Positions 1 to 7,139 of a DNA stretch of 10,544 nt are shown here, piece by piece. The notes under the pieces are model-generated. The model searched no databases. It was not told the origin of the DNA and saw only the letters and a list, made by a program, of their open reading frames with translations. Source of the DNA: an archaeon (GTDB taxonomy: Archaea; Asgardarchaeota; Thorarchaeia; Thorarchaeales; Thorarchaeaceae); the NCBI GenBank assembly GCA_024275415.1, contig JAJRZD010000075.1, positions 1 through 10,544 on the forward strand, read 5' to 3'. Position 1 is the stretch's first letter. Every line of letters starts with the position of its first letter. The position numbers and the translations under genes are program-made.

Positions 1-1245
1 CTCAACTGCGTATGTCACTACTGGTTCTGTTGGATACTGAAGTCCCTTCATTGGTATCATGTCACTATTGTCCAAGTCTACTAGTGTGTCCCCTGTCACA
101 AGGTTTCTTATCCCTGTAACGAATGCAAGGTTTCCCGCTGGGATCTTGTCGTGTGGCACACGAGTCTTGGACATGAACAGACCAATCTGCAGAGTCTTTC
201 CCTCACGCAAAGTTCTGAGATTGAATAGAGGTCTTCCCCGTTGCAGTGTTCCTGAAAATATCCGTACTGCTGCAACCTGCCCTGCATGTCTGTCTGGTTG
301 GACATTTCCTACCAGCAATAACAGGGGTCCTGAAGCATCGCATTCGATAAGTGCCCTGCCAGCTTTAGACTCGGTGCTACCCTCCCATATGACCGGAATC
401 CTATACTGTTGAGCAGTCACTGGGTCCGGAACCGTCCTTCCTACTGCATTAAGGATTCGACCTGCTATCGCGAAATCCTCAGCAAGACTCTTCTCTTGTT
501 CTTCTCTGTATCTGTCCACAATGCCGGTGAGCAACTGCAAGAATGCCATTGACAACGCAGTAGAATCAGCTTCATCTCCTGTTAGAGCCTCAATGTCTTC
601 AATCCCAATCGCCCATTTGTCCAGTGCAGAGCCCACACATAGGGAGCCTCGTAGAAATGATACCTCCCATTCCCCTAGGAGTTCATCGTCCAAGTACTTT
701 CCTAACATCGCGTTGAACTCTCTTACTATCCTTGAGATTTCTTTTGCGACTTTTTGGGCATCCATCCGTTTCTCATTTATCAACCGGTCTATCTTATTGA
801 TGAACAGAACTGGCCTGACTAGCTCTCTCATCGCTTGTCGTGTTACAGTTTCAGTCTGAACCATCAGCCCTTCAATCGCGTCGATGACGATAATTGCCCC
901 ATCCGTAAGCCTTAGTCCTCTAGTCACATGGCTTGAGAAATCAATATGCCCTGGCGTGTCTATCAGATGGATCAGGAGCTCCTCTTCTTCATATCTATGA
1001 ATAAGCGAAATCCCAGATGCTTTTATCGTGATCCCTCTTTCCTGCTCGATCATGTCATAGTCAAGAAGTCTTGCAGTTGCTGCCACCTCTTTCGAGAGAA
1101 GGCCGGATGATGCGATTAGAGAGTCGGTCATCGTGGTCTTGCCATGATCGATGTGAGCTATGACTGTGCAATTCCGGATGTTCCTTGGGTTTGAGATAAG
1201 CGAGATGACACGTTCATTCACGAACTTCTTGTAAAGATGCGACAC
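1..1245 (-). CDS. Elongation factor 2-family translational GTPase, N-terminal 415 codons (continues beyond window start); probably the divergent aEF-2 paralogue
   Basis: Manual translation: no stop from GTG at 1245 to position 1, and an in-frame TAG 5 codons upstream fixes the start region. Motifs: G1 AHIDHGKTT, switch I ERGITIKAS, G3 DTPGHIDF, G4 NKID, G5 GSA, then AQQYRIPVIWEG, RIFSGTL and YPTEPVVTYAVE typical of archaeal EF-2 domains G, II and III. Absent from the ORF track because it has no stop within the window. Confidence 0.93.
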   Translation of the reverse strand, partial: MSHLYKKFVNERVISLISNPRNIRNCTVIAHIDHGKTTMTDSLIASSGLLSKEVAATARLLDYDMIEQERGITIKASGISLIHRYEEEELLIHLIDTPGHIDFSSHVTRGLRLTDGAIIVIDAIEGLMVQTETVTRQAMRELVRPVLFINKIDRLINEKRMDAQKVAKEISRIVREFNAMLGKYLDDELLGEWEVSFLRGSLCVGSALDKWAIGIEDIEALTGDEADSTALSMAFLQLLTGIVDRYREEQEKSLAEDFAIAGRILNAVGRTVPDPVTAQQYRIPVIWEGSTESKAGRALIECDASGPLLLLVGNVQPDRHAGQVAAVRIFSGTLQRGRPLFNLRTLREGKTLQIGLFMSKTRVPHDKIPAGNLAFVTGIRNLVTGDTLVDLDNSDMIPMKGLQYPTEPVVTYAVE

Positions 1246-1252
1246 GATGTGA

Positions 1253-1852
1253 CTACCCTACCTTCATATCATATACATCCGCGGCGATGGTGGTTTTCTC
1301 ATTACATACCTCACATTTGAACACGACCGACTGCCTATCTCTTGAGATCTCGTTTCTCACTGGATGCCCACACATGCAGACAAAGCCGATGATTTTTGCA
1401 GGATTGCCAACTACCAGACAATGGTCGGGTACATCCTTTGTCACTACTGCTCCAGATCCGACCATACAGTATTTGCCTAGAGTGGTATCGCAGACGATTA
1501 CTGCATGTGCTCCTATGGACGCTCCCTTCCTGACTAAAGTCTTTGAAACCTCGAAAGAGTCACCAAACGCTCTGGGATACATGTCATTGGTGAATGTCAT
1601 ATGCGGGCCACAGAACACATCATCTTCGATGGTGACACCGTGATACACCGATACGCCATTTTGTATTTTCACGTTATTCCCAATTGTCACATCAGCATCG
1701 ATGTACACTCCCTTGCCGATGTTGCAATTGCTTCCTATCTTTGCCGAGCCTCTGATATGGGCGAAATGCCAGACGCGTGTCCCTTCTCCAATATCAGCAC
1801 CTTCATCAACCACAGCTTTCTCATGAATGAAAACATCGGTCATTTCCTTCAC
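1253..1852 (-). CDS. Hexapeptide-repeat (left-handed beta-helix) N-acyltransferase, WbpD/WlbB-like, with a C-terminal CxCG...CxxC motif
   Basis: Repeats such as IGEGTRVWHFAHIRGSAKIGSNCNIGKGVYI, the FTND motif, VVTKDVPDHCLVVGNPAK, and tail CMCGH...CEVC. Start is GTG 1852 or ATG 1843. Confidence 0.88.
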   Translation of the reverse strand: MKEMTDVFIHEKAVVDEGADIGEGTRVWHFAHIRGSAKIGSNCNIGKGVYIDADVTIGNNVKIQNGVSVYHGVTIEDDVFCGPHMTFTNDMYPRAFGDSFEVSKTLVRKGASIGAHAVIVCDTTLGKYCMVGSGAVVTKDVPDHCLVVGNPAKIIGFVCMCGHPVRNEISRDRQSVVFKCEVCNEKTTIAADVYDMKVG

Positions 1853-1877
1853 GAGTCTGCATCTACAGGTTCACGAG

Positions 1878-2525
1878 TTAACCTTTTCTCTGTCCCCCGC
1901 GTTTTTGTTCAGTTGCTCTCGATGCATATATCGTACCTTTATACACAGTAGAGGTAGGACAACCCACACACTTCCCACTGGCATATCGTCTGCAATCAGC
2001 GCATGTCCTAGCACAGGTTGCCTTGTGTTTCTTATCAGGGCTCAGGTTGACCGGCATGTACTCGGGATATGCCGGAGAGTTACCAAACCATGTTTCTGAG
2101 CGTCTGACTCCTTCCTCGGTTCGTATCGAACAGGTTCCCAATATCGACTCAAGTGAGAATGTGTCCTCAGCGATCATAACCGCAAATAAATTGTATCTTC
2201 CTGTGACAGGTGCTATCATAAGCATCCTTGGGCAATCCTTGTACTTCTTCAGAATCTTATCTGTGACTTCGAAACTCTCGGTTTCCAGTGCCATGAACAG
2301 GATTTTCATGCCCATTCGTTCCAAATTGACCCCTGCACTGATCTTCACCAAGGGTTTCTCATTATCCTTCCCCTTGACCAGCTTGTCGAGGCGTTTGCTA
2401 ACTGCAACATGGGACATTCCCCCCTTGACGATGCTTCTCCCAATCTCAGATAGACTCTTTCGTCCATCCTCCATCAAGATTGATATCAGTTTCTTGTCGA
2501 CATTATCCAAGTTCTTCCACTCCAC
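1878..2525 (-). CDS. Lrp/AsnC-family transcriptional regulator with a C-terminal Cys-rich extension
   Basis: N-terminal HTH LDNVDKKLISILMEDGRKSLSEIG...VSKRLDKL; RAM-like domain (VTGRYNLF); tail CARTCADCRRYASGKCVGCP. GTG start. Confidence 0.88.
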   Translation of the reverse strand: MEWKNLDNVDKKLISILMEDGRKSLSEIGRSIVKGGMSHVAVSKRLDKLVKGKDNEKPLVKISAGVNLERMGMKILFMALETESFEVTDKILKKYKDCPRMLMIAPVTGRYNLFAVMIAEDTFSLESILGTCSIRTEEGVRRSETWFGNSPAYPEYMPVNLSPDKKHKATCARTCADCRRYASGKCVGCPTSTVYKGTIYASRATEQKRGGQRKG

Positions 2526-2531
2526 TATAGT

Positions 2532-2559
2532 AGATACCTTTCCACCTGAAAAGGTTTCT
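2532..2559. promoter_or_regulatory. Inverted repeat just upstream of the Lrp gene (candidate operator or 5'UTR hairpin)
   Basis: AGATACCTTT-CCACCTGA-AAAGGTTTCT: 10-bp arms with one mismatch and an 8-nt spacer, ending 6 nt before the GTG at 2525. Confidence 0.45.
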
Positions 2560-2584
2560 GAGTGTAACTGTTATCAATTCCCCG

Positions 2585-2602
2585 TTTAAAGGTCTATATA
2601 AA
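2585..2602 (-). promoter_or_regulatory. TATA-box candidates for the Lrp operon
   Basis: Minus strand reads TTTATATA (2602-2595) and TTTAAA (2590-2585) in the short thyA-Lrp intergenic region. Confidence 0.5.
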
Positions 2603-2620
2603 GTGCTCCAATTATGCTTA

Positions 2621-3244
2621 CTAAACCTCGGATGCCTGTTCCCAGTCATGACTGTAAATGTGAGCATTGACCGATAGTGTCGTGATGCGTCCAGGCCGCA
2701 TCGTGGTCTTCTCCGCTATGAATCCAAGGAGTTCTGCTATCCCATATACATTCGCAAGCCATGCACCATACATGTCATTCGATCGGATCATCACTGACAA
2801 GTCAATGGTGTTATCTCTGCTCATGAAGACGAAATGGTTCAAGCACGGCACTTCATCACACACAGTGTCCTTTCTTGGATCCCAGGTCGTAGCGACCGCT
2901 CGTCTGGTCTTCGGACTTGTCTTGAGCTTCTCAATTACATAATCGATTTGGTTGACCTCACCGTCGCCCCATGCATTAAGGCGTTCCCCGTACGTATAGT
3001 CAAACTCCATGCGGTCTGGATTTAGGAGCTGGGTGGCGTACTTCTCTTTCAAGACCTTCTCACTGAACGGATAAGGGTCTGACACTCTATTCACGTAGGG
3101 ATTGCAGATATGGATCATGACGTTATCGCACCAGCGTGTTTCAACGTCCCGCTCATCGACACGCAGCATCCCATTCTGCATGATGTTACGTACTGCCCTT
3201 TTCCAACCATCTACGGGATTCTTAGCTTTAATGTATATAGGCAT
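2621..3244 (-). CDS. thyA: Thymidylate synthase, short archaeal ThyA type
   Basis: RRA phosphate-binding arginines, catalytic VPCL, RSND, dUMP-specifying Asn in WLANVYG, and AHIY. ATG at 3244 is preferred over TTG at 3250. Confidence 0.9.
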   Translation of the reverse strand: MPIYIKAKNPVDGWKRAVRNIMQNGMLRVDERDVETRWCDNVMIHICNPYVNRVSDPYPFSEKVLKEKYATQLLNPDRMEFDYTYGERLNAWGDGEVNQIDYVIEKLKTSPKTRRAVATTWDPRKDTVCDEVPCLNHFVFMSRDNTIDLSVMIRSNDMYGAWLANVYGIAELLGFIAEKTTMRPGRITTLSVNAHIYSHDWEQASEV

Positions 3245-3560
3245 GGTCAATCATCTAGAGACTCTATTCAGGACTCGATTATTGCTCTCTACCTTCGCCT
3301 TTTCTAACTTTGTACTATTCGAATTAATATATCCATCAAGTATTGTTCATTCTGTAACTATCTATTCCACTATTTATTCGGCGCTAATCAGACTCTCAAT
3401 TTGGATGATCACAGGTCGCTCCTGTTTTAGCCAGTGCTGACGATTTTTCATCTTTTGAGAGGTTTTACTAGAACTTCGGGGTGCTTGACAGCGTACACCT
3501 GTACATCGAATATCGATAACAGAATAGGAGTATAAGTAGCAAATTCCAGTACGAGAGCCC

Positions 3561-3716
3561 ATGTCCGGCAGAATACGTTTACCGTTAGAGTTCGGTATTT
3601 TCGAGGCAGACGGCTTCTCCGAACGGGACAATTATTTTATACTTCTGCCCCAGACTGTATCAAGCCCCTTTGAGGAACACGTGTGTTGGGTCATAACAAG
3701 TCGCCGGGAGGACTAG
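3561..3716 (+). CDS. Possible 51-aa small ORF upstream of the redoxin (unsupported by homology)
   Basis: ATG 3561 to TAG 3716 (MSGRIRLPLEFGIFEADG...TSRRED). TATAAG lies at 3531-3536, about 25 nt upstream. No recognisable motif. Confidence 0.2.
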   Translation: MSGRIRLPLEFGIFEADGFSERDNYFILLPQTVSSPFEEHVCWVITSRRED

Positions 3717-4000
3717 CGATTTCACAGAAAACATTGTACCTCGTAACACAAGAGAACTGCGCGAACTGCCCTGCTGCCAAAGCCGTCGTCCAAGAGGCAT
3801 TGGAAGGGAGTTCCGTACAACTGAAGACCATTGACCTACAGGACATGGATCCTGATCTCGAGTTCAAACTCCTCGAGCATCAGGTGTTCATCGCGTCCAC
3901 ACCCAGCATCATCCTCGAACATAACGGCTCCGTGAGATTGCTCTACAGCGGAACCGTCCCATCAGTCGATGAGGTGCGTCATCACTTGGAGTTAAGCTAG
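3683..4000 (+). CDS. Thioredoxin/glutaredoxin-like redoxin (NrdH-like), likely electron donor to NrdD
   Basis: LYLVTQENCANCPAAK (CxxC) and cis-Pro motif ASTPSII; stop 2 nt before the nrdD ATG. Start uncertain: GTG 3683 (GAGGA at 3672-3676) or in-frame ATT 3719 (GGAGGA at 3707-3712). Confidence 0.85.
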   Translation: MLGHNKSPGGLAISQKTLYLVTQENCANCPAAKAVVQEALEGSSVQLKTIDLQDMDPDLEFKLLEHQVFIASTPSIILEHNGSVRLLYSGTVPSVDEVRHHLELS

Positions 4001-4002
4001 AC

Positions 4003-6147
4003 ATGACAGATATCAGACCTTCCATAACAACTGAGAACGAGGACATTCAAGCTCGTGAGAAGAAGCTGCCCAAGGTCCGTTCGACTTCAGGCACAATGAT
4101 GCCTTTCAAGGCCGAACGGATAATCACCAGTCTTCAAAAGGAAGCCGATCTCACGTATGCAGATGCTCATCTGGTAGCGATGAAGGTTATGGATCGCATC
4201 GCAGCTTCTGGGATCAAGTTCCTATCGGGTCCTCTCATTCGTGAGATGTGTAACAGTGTCCTTGCAGAGTTCGGCATGGAGGTAGAACGCATCAGATACA
4301 CTCGTGTCGGTGTTCCCATGTACGATCTTGATTTGCTTATCAACACTCCATCTGATTTCACATCCAACGCCAACCTCATGCGCAATCCTGAAACCATAGC
4401 AAAGCTGGTTCATGATCAGGTCATGGAACAGCATACATTCCTTTCAATCCCACCCCACCTTGCAGACGCACATCTGCGCGGGGACATCTACATCAAAGAC
4501 CGTGAGTACTTTTCCACTCGGGACTACTGTGCGACTTGGGATTTACGTCAGGTACTCAAGCTTGGCATCGCCCCTGATGGTCTGGGAGGAATGCACTCGA
4601 GTGCCGCTGGACCTGCAAAACACCTTCATGTAGCTGTGAACCACTCTGCTATCTGGCTGGCTGCTGCACAGAGTTCCTTTGCCGGAGGACAAGGTTTCTT
4701 CTTCTACAACACATTCATTGCTCCGTTCCTACAGGGTCTCCCCTACAAGAAGATCCGACAAGCAGCCCAGCAACTTATCTTCACTCTCACCCAACAATAT
4801 GTCGCCCGTGGTGGACAGGTCATCTTCTCAAGCGTTGACTTGACACCCGGCATCCCGAATATCATGAAGGATGTGCCGGCAGTGCTACCCGGTGGCAAAG
4901 AAACCGAGATGACCTACGGTGACTTCGAGGACGAGGCGAATAAGTTCTTTGATGCCTTCATGGATGTCATGATTCAAGGCGATGTGAAAGGCAAAGGGTT
5001 CAATTTCCCGAAGCCTAACATAGTCCTGAAAAAGGAGTTCATGAAGCCCGAGTTCGATGAGTCTTGGCATAAGGTCGCCGAGCTGACCGCGAAATTCGGC
5101 TCACCGTATTTCGAGAACTACCTCAACTGGCGGTCAACTATCGAGGCAGGTTGCAGCAGCTGTTGCTCACACCTCTGGACTGCAAGCACTGATGAGGAAC
5201 TGGAGGAGTTCCTGACAGGGAACATGGTCTTCGGAGCTTCTCAGATGGTCACGCCTAACTTCGGGCGTGCCGCGTACATCGGACGCTCAGACGAAGATCA
5301 CTTCTTCGCAAAGCTGGACGAGTACATCGAGCTGAGCAAGGAGGTCATCATTGAGAAGAAGCGACTCATGGACAAGCTCATCGAGTCGGGTTCAGTTCCA
5401 TTCTACACGCAACCGAAACCAAACGGTGACCCACTCATCGACATGAACAAGCGTGAGTTTCTACTTGGTACCGTCGGCTTTGAAGAGATGGCACTGATCA
5501 TGACGGGCAGCCACCTTCATGAGAGGGAAGGCACTCGTTTCGGGATAAAGGTTCTGAAGCATCTGAAAGCGAAAGCAGACGAGTTTGAGGAGGAAACCGG
5601 ACTCCACTTCGGTGTGACCCGAACTCCAGCGGAGAGCGCAGCCGGACGACTTGCGGCGAAGGACTACCGCTCCTATCCTGGCATCCGAAAATACCTCAAG
5701 GGCAGTGCACCCAATGTGTACTATACGAATAGCACCACCATCGATGTCAGCGCAGATCTCTCCCTGAGTTCGCGCATCAAGAAGGAAGGTATGTTCCATC
5801 CCTACATGGACGGCGGGGCACTCACGCACATCTATCTGGGTGAGGCAAACCCCGACCCCGATGCCCTCTGGAACCTGACTCTGAAGATTGCCAAGGAAAC
5901 CCTGAGCAGCTACTGGTCATTCACAAAAGATGTACTCTATTGCAGTTCATGCGGATATCAGACTGGCATCGATTGGCGGCAGGCACGCTTTGCCTCGATC
6001 GAGGATCTCGACCACATCCAGTGTCCAAAATGCGGGTTCGTAGGCTGTGATGTTGTGAGCAGGATTACTGGATATCTACAAAATTTGAGTTCGTTCAACT
6101 TGTCCAAACGCCAAGAGTTCTTGGATCGCCATCGCTACATGATATGA
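4003..6147 (+). CDS. nrdD: Anaerobic (class III) ribonucleoside-triphosphate reductase with N-terminal ATP cone
   Basis: ATP cone (KVRSTSGTMMPFKAERI...REMCNSVL), HLRGDIYI, DYC, finger-loop CSSCC, RTPAES, YYTNST, GGALTHI, Zn site CSSC...CPKC, and glycyl-radical motif SRITGY. Confidence 0.96.
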   Translation: MTDIRPSITTENEDIQAREKKLPKVRSTSGTMMPFKAERIITSLQKEADLTYADAHLVAMKVMDRIAASGIKFLSGPLIREMCNSVLAEFGMEVERIRYTRVGVPMYDLDLLINTPSDFTSNANLMRNPETIAKLVHDQVMEQHTFLSIPPHLADAHLRGDIYIKDREYFSTRDYCATWDLRQVLKLGIAPDGLGGMHSSAAGPAKHLHVAVNHSAIWLAAAQSSFAGGQGFFFYNTFIAPFLQGLPYKKIRQAAQQLIFTLTQQYVARGGQVIFSSVDLTPGIPNIMKDVPAVLPGGKETEMTYGDFEDEANKFFDAFMDVMIQGDVKGKGFNFPKPNIVLKKEFMKPEFDESWHKVAELTAKFGSPYFENYLNWRSTIEAGCSSCCSHLWTASTDEELEEFLTGNMVFGASQMVTPNFGRAAYIGRSDEDHFFAKLDEYIELSKEVIIEKKRLMDKLIESGSVPFYTQPKPNGDPLIDMNKREFLLGTVGFEEMALIMTGSHLHEREGTRFGIKVLKHLKAKADEFEEETGLHFGVTRTPAESAAGRLAAKDYRSYPGIRKYLKGSAPNVYYTNSTTIDVSADLSLSSRIKKEGMFHPYMDGGALTHIYLGEANPDPDALWNLTLKIAKETLSSYWSFTKDVLYCSSCGYQTGIDWRQARFASIEDLDHIQCPKCGFVGCDVVSRITGYLQNLSSFNLSKRQEFLDRHRYMI

Positions 6148-6901
6148 TTCATCCAATATTGAACACCCATTTGGTGCTCGTACAATTGTTGCAGACTGGG
6201 TTGCAAACAGCTGCGCTACACGTACTCAAACATGGACATCCCTTAGATGGACATTCGAAGTAAATTATAGGGCTTTATAGACTCGACCACTCCCACAGGA
6301 GTATGAGGTTATACATGGCTTACAAACGGTTTCGCAGAGTCTACCCAGTGCCGTTATCTGGGAGTACAACACTATGGTGTCAAAGATTGCACAACTAAAA
6401 ATGAACGGTATAATTCAGAATTAGCCATGAACCTTGTAGTTCGGTCAATTCTTGACAATCGAAATCTTAATGTCACACGAATCCTTTGGTTATGCCGGAG
6501 TGAACACATCGTATGACAAGATATCGTCGAGTGTTCTTGGGGCTCGTAATCATACTTCTAGTTGTTGCGAGCTTAGCCTATGTGCTCATGCCAACAGAGC
6601 GAGTTCTTGTCGAAAAGGATTTCTCTGCAATAGGAACCTACCCCGCGTACTACTATGCCAACTTCACAGTTGACAAATCAGACAGCAATGCAGCATTGAA
6701 AATACGTTTTAATGTGAACTCCTCTGAATCGCTAGATTTCATTTTCATTTGGGCATTGTATAATGCAACTGTTGAGCAATTCGAGCAGTCATTCAACATC
6801 ACACTGGCTGAGGAACTTGCGAACCAAGGTGATTGGGATAAGGAAGACTGGATCTGGTATGGCTGGATGTACAGTAGCGTTTCTTTTCTCTACGCATACT
6901 A

Positions 6902-7033
6902 TTGAACTTGTCCAAACTTTTCACCTCCGCAAGGAGAAGCCTGGATTGAGCCCTGGTATGCGGACAGGGCTCGGTCAGCATAGGTCATGACAGCATTGGT
7001 GTGACGGTCCACAGCTTGTCCGCAGGACCTGCA
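6902..7033 (-). pseudogene. tnpB: 3' stub of TnpB (second Zn-finger CxxC plus degenerate RuvC-III)
   Basis: CRSCG-QAV-DRHTNAVMTYADRAL has the exact spacing of the TnpB motif CxxCG-x3-DRDxNAAxNI. H, V and T are each one base change from D, A and N. An in-frame TAG lies immediately upstream. Confidence 0.7.
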
Positions 7034-7040
7034 CTATTGT
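6902..7040 (-). ncRNA. Candidate omegaRNA/reRNA scaffold of the IS607-TnpB element
   Basis: Overlaps the tnpB 3' end. Contains a perfect 8-bp stem GAGCCCTG-9nt-CAGGGCTC (6948-6972) and a CTCC-TTGC-GGAG hairpin (6925-6936), and ends in TTCAA at 6906-6902. The 5' limit is unknown. Confidence 0.55.
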
Positions 7041-7061
7041 TCCGCTACGGGGTATATATGC

Positions 7062-7139
7062 CCCTTTGCGTTCCCACCTCCTCAAGGTGGAAGGTGACAC
7101 CCCAAGACGTTTTGCCATAATTCCGGTCCTGACTACCAT
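7062..7139 (-). pseudogene. tnpA: 5' stub of an IS607-type serine-recombinase transposase (MerR-like HTH)
   Basis: ATG 7139: MVVRTGIMAKRLGVSPSTLRRWERKG, continuing as HIYPVA after one extra G in a G-run. This matches the A-x-x-LGVS-x-x-TLRRW-x-x-x-G-x-I-x-P pattern of IS607 TnpA N-termini. The catalytic domain is absent. Confidence 0.78.

Noticed and set aside
59-859. Plus-strand ORFs 59-412 and 521-859, and similar antisense ORFs over the other genes
   Set aside because: They are antisense shadows of well-supported genes and have no motifs of their own.
6149-6260. Cys-rich minus-strand peptide (ECPSKGCPCLSTCSAAVCNPVCNNC), metallothionein-like
   Set aside because: There is no in-frame start codon or RBS after the upstream stop, so it is probably a chance product of ACA/GCA-rich sequence.
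6144-6263. 39-aa ORF overlapping the nrdD stop (ATGA)
   Set aside because: It is short, has no motif, and is not an NrdG fragment (no CxxxCxxC).
6160-6385. Several 5-7 bp hairpins and a GGTGTCAA word resembling the element's left end
   Set aside because: Stems this short and a single 8-mer match are expected by chance in 10 kb. No tRNA, riboswitch or second element could be built from them.
6903-6905. TGA as selenocysteine readthrough in the surface protein
   Set aside because: There is no redox-motif context, the downstream frame is short and featureless, and the TGA is explained as part of the inserted element's end.
6960-7000. AVMTYADRALSAYQ read as the YARVS catalytic motif of TnpA instead of TnpB RuvC-III
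   Set aside because: This reading needs two separate codon insertions. The TnpB reading keeps the exact CxxCG-x3-DR-x2-NA spacing.
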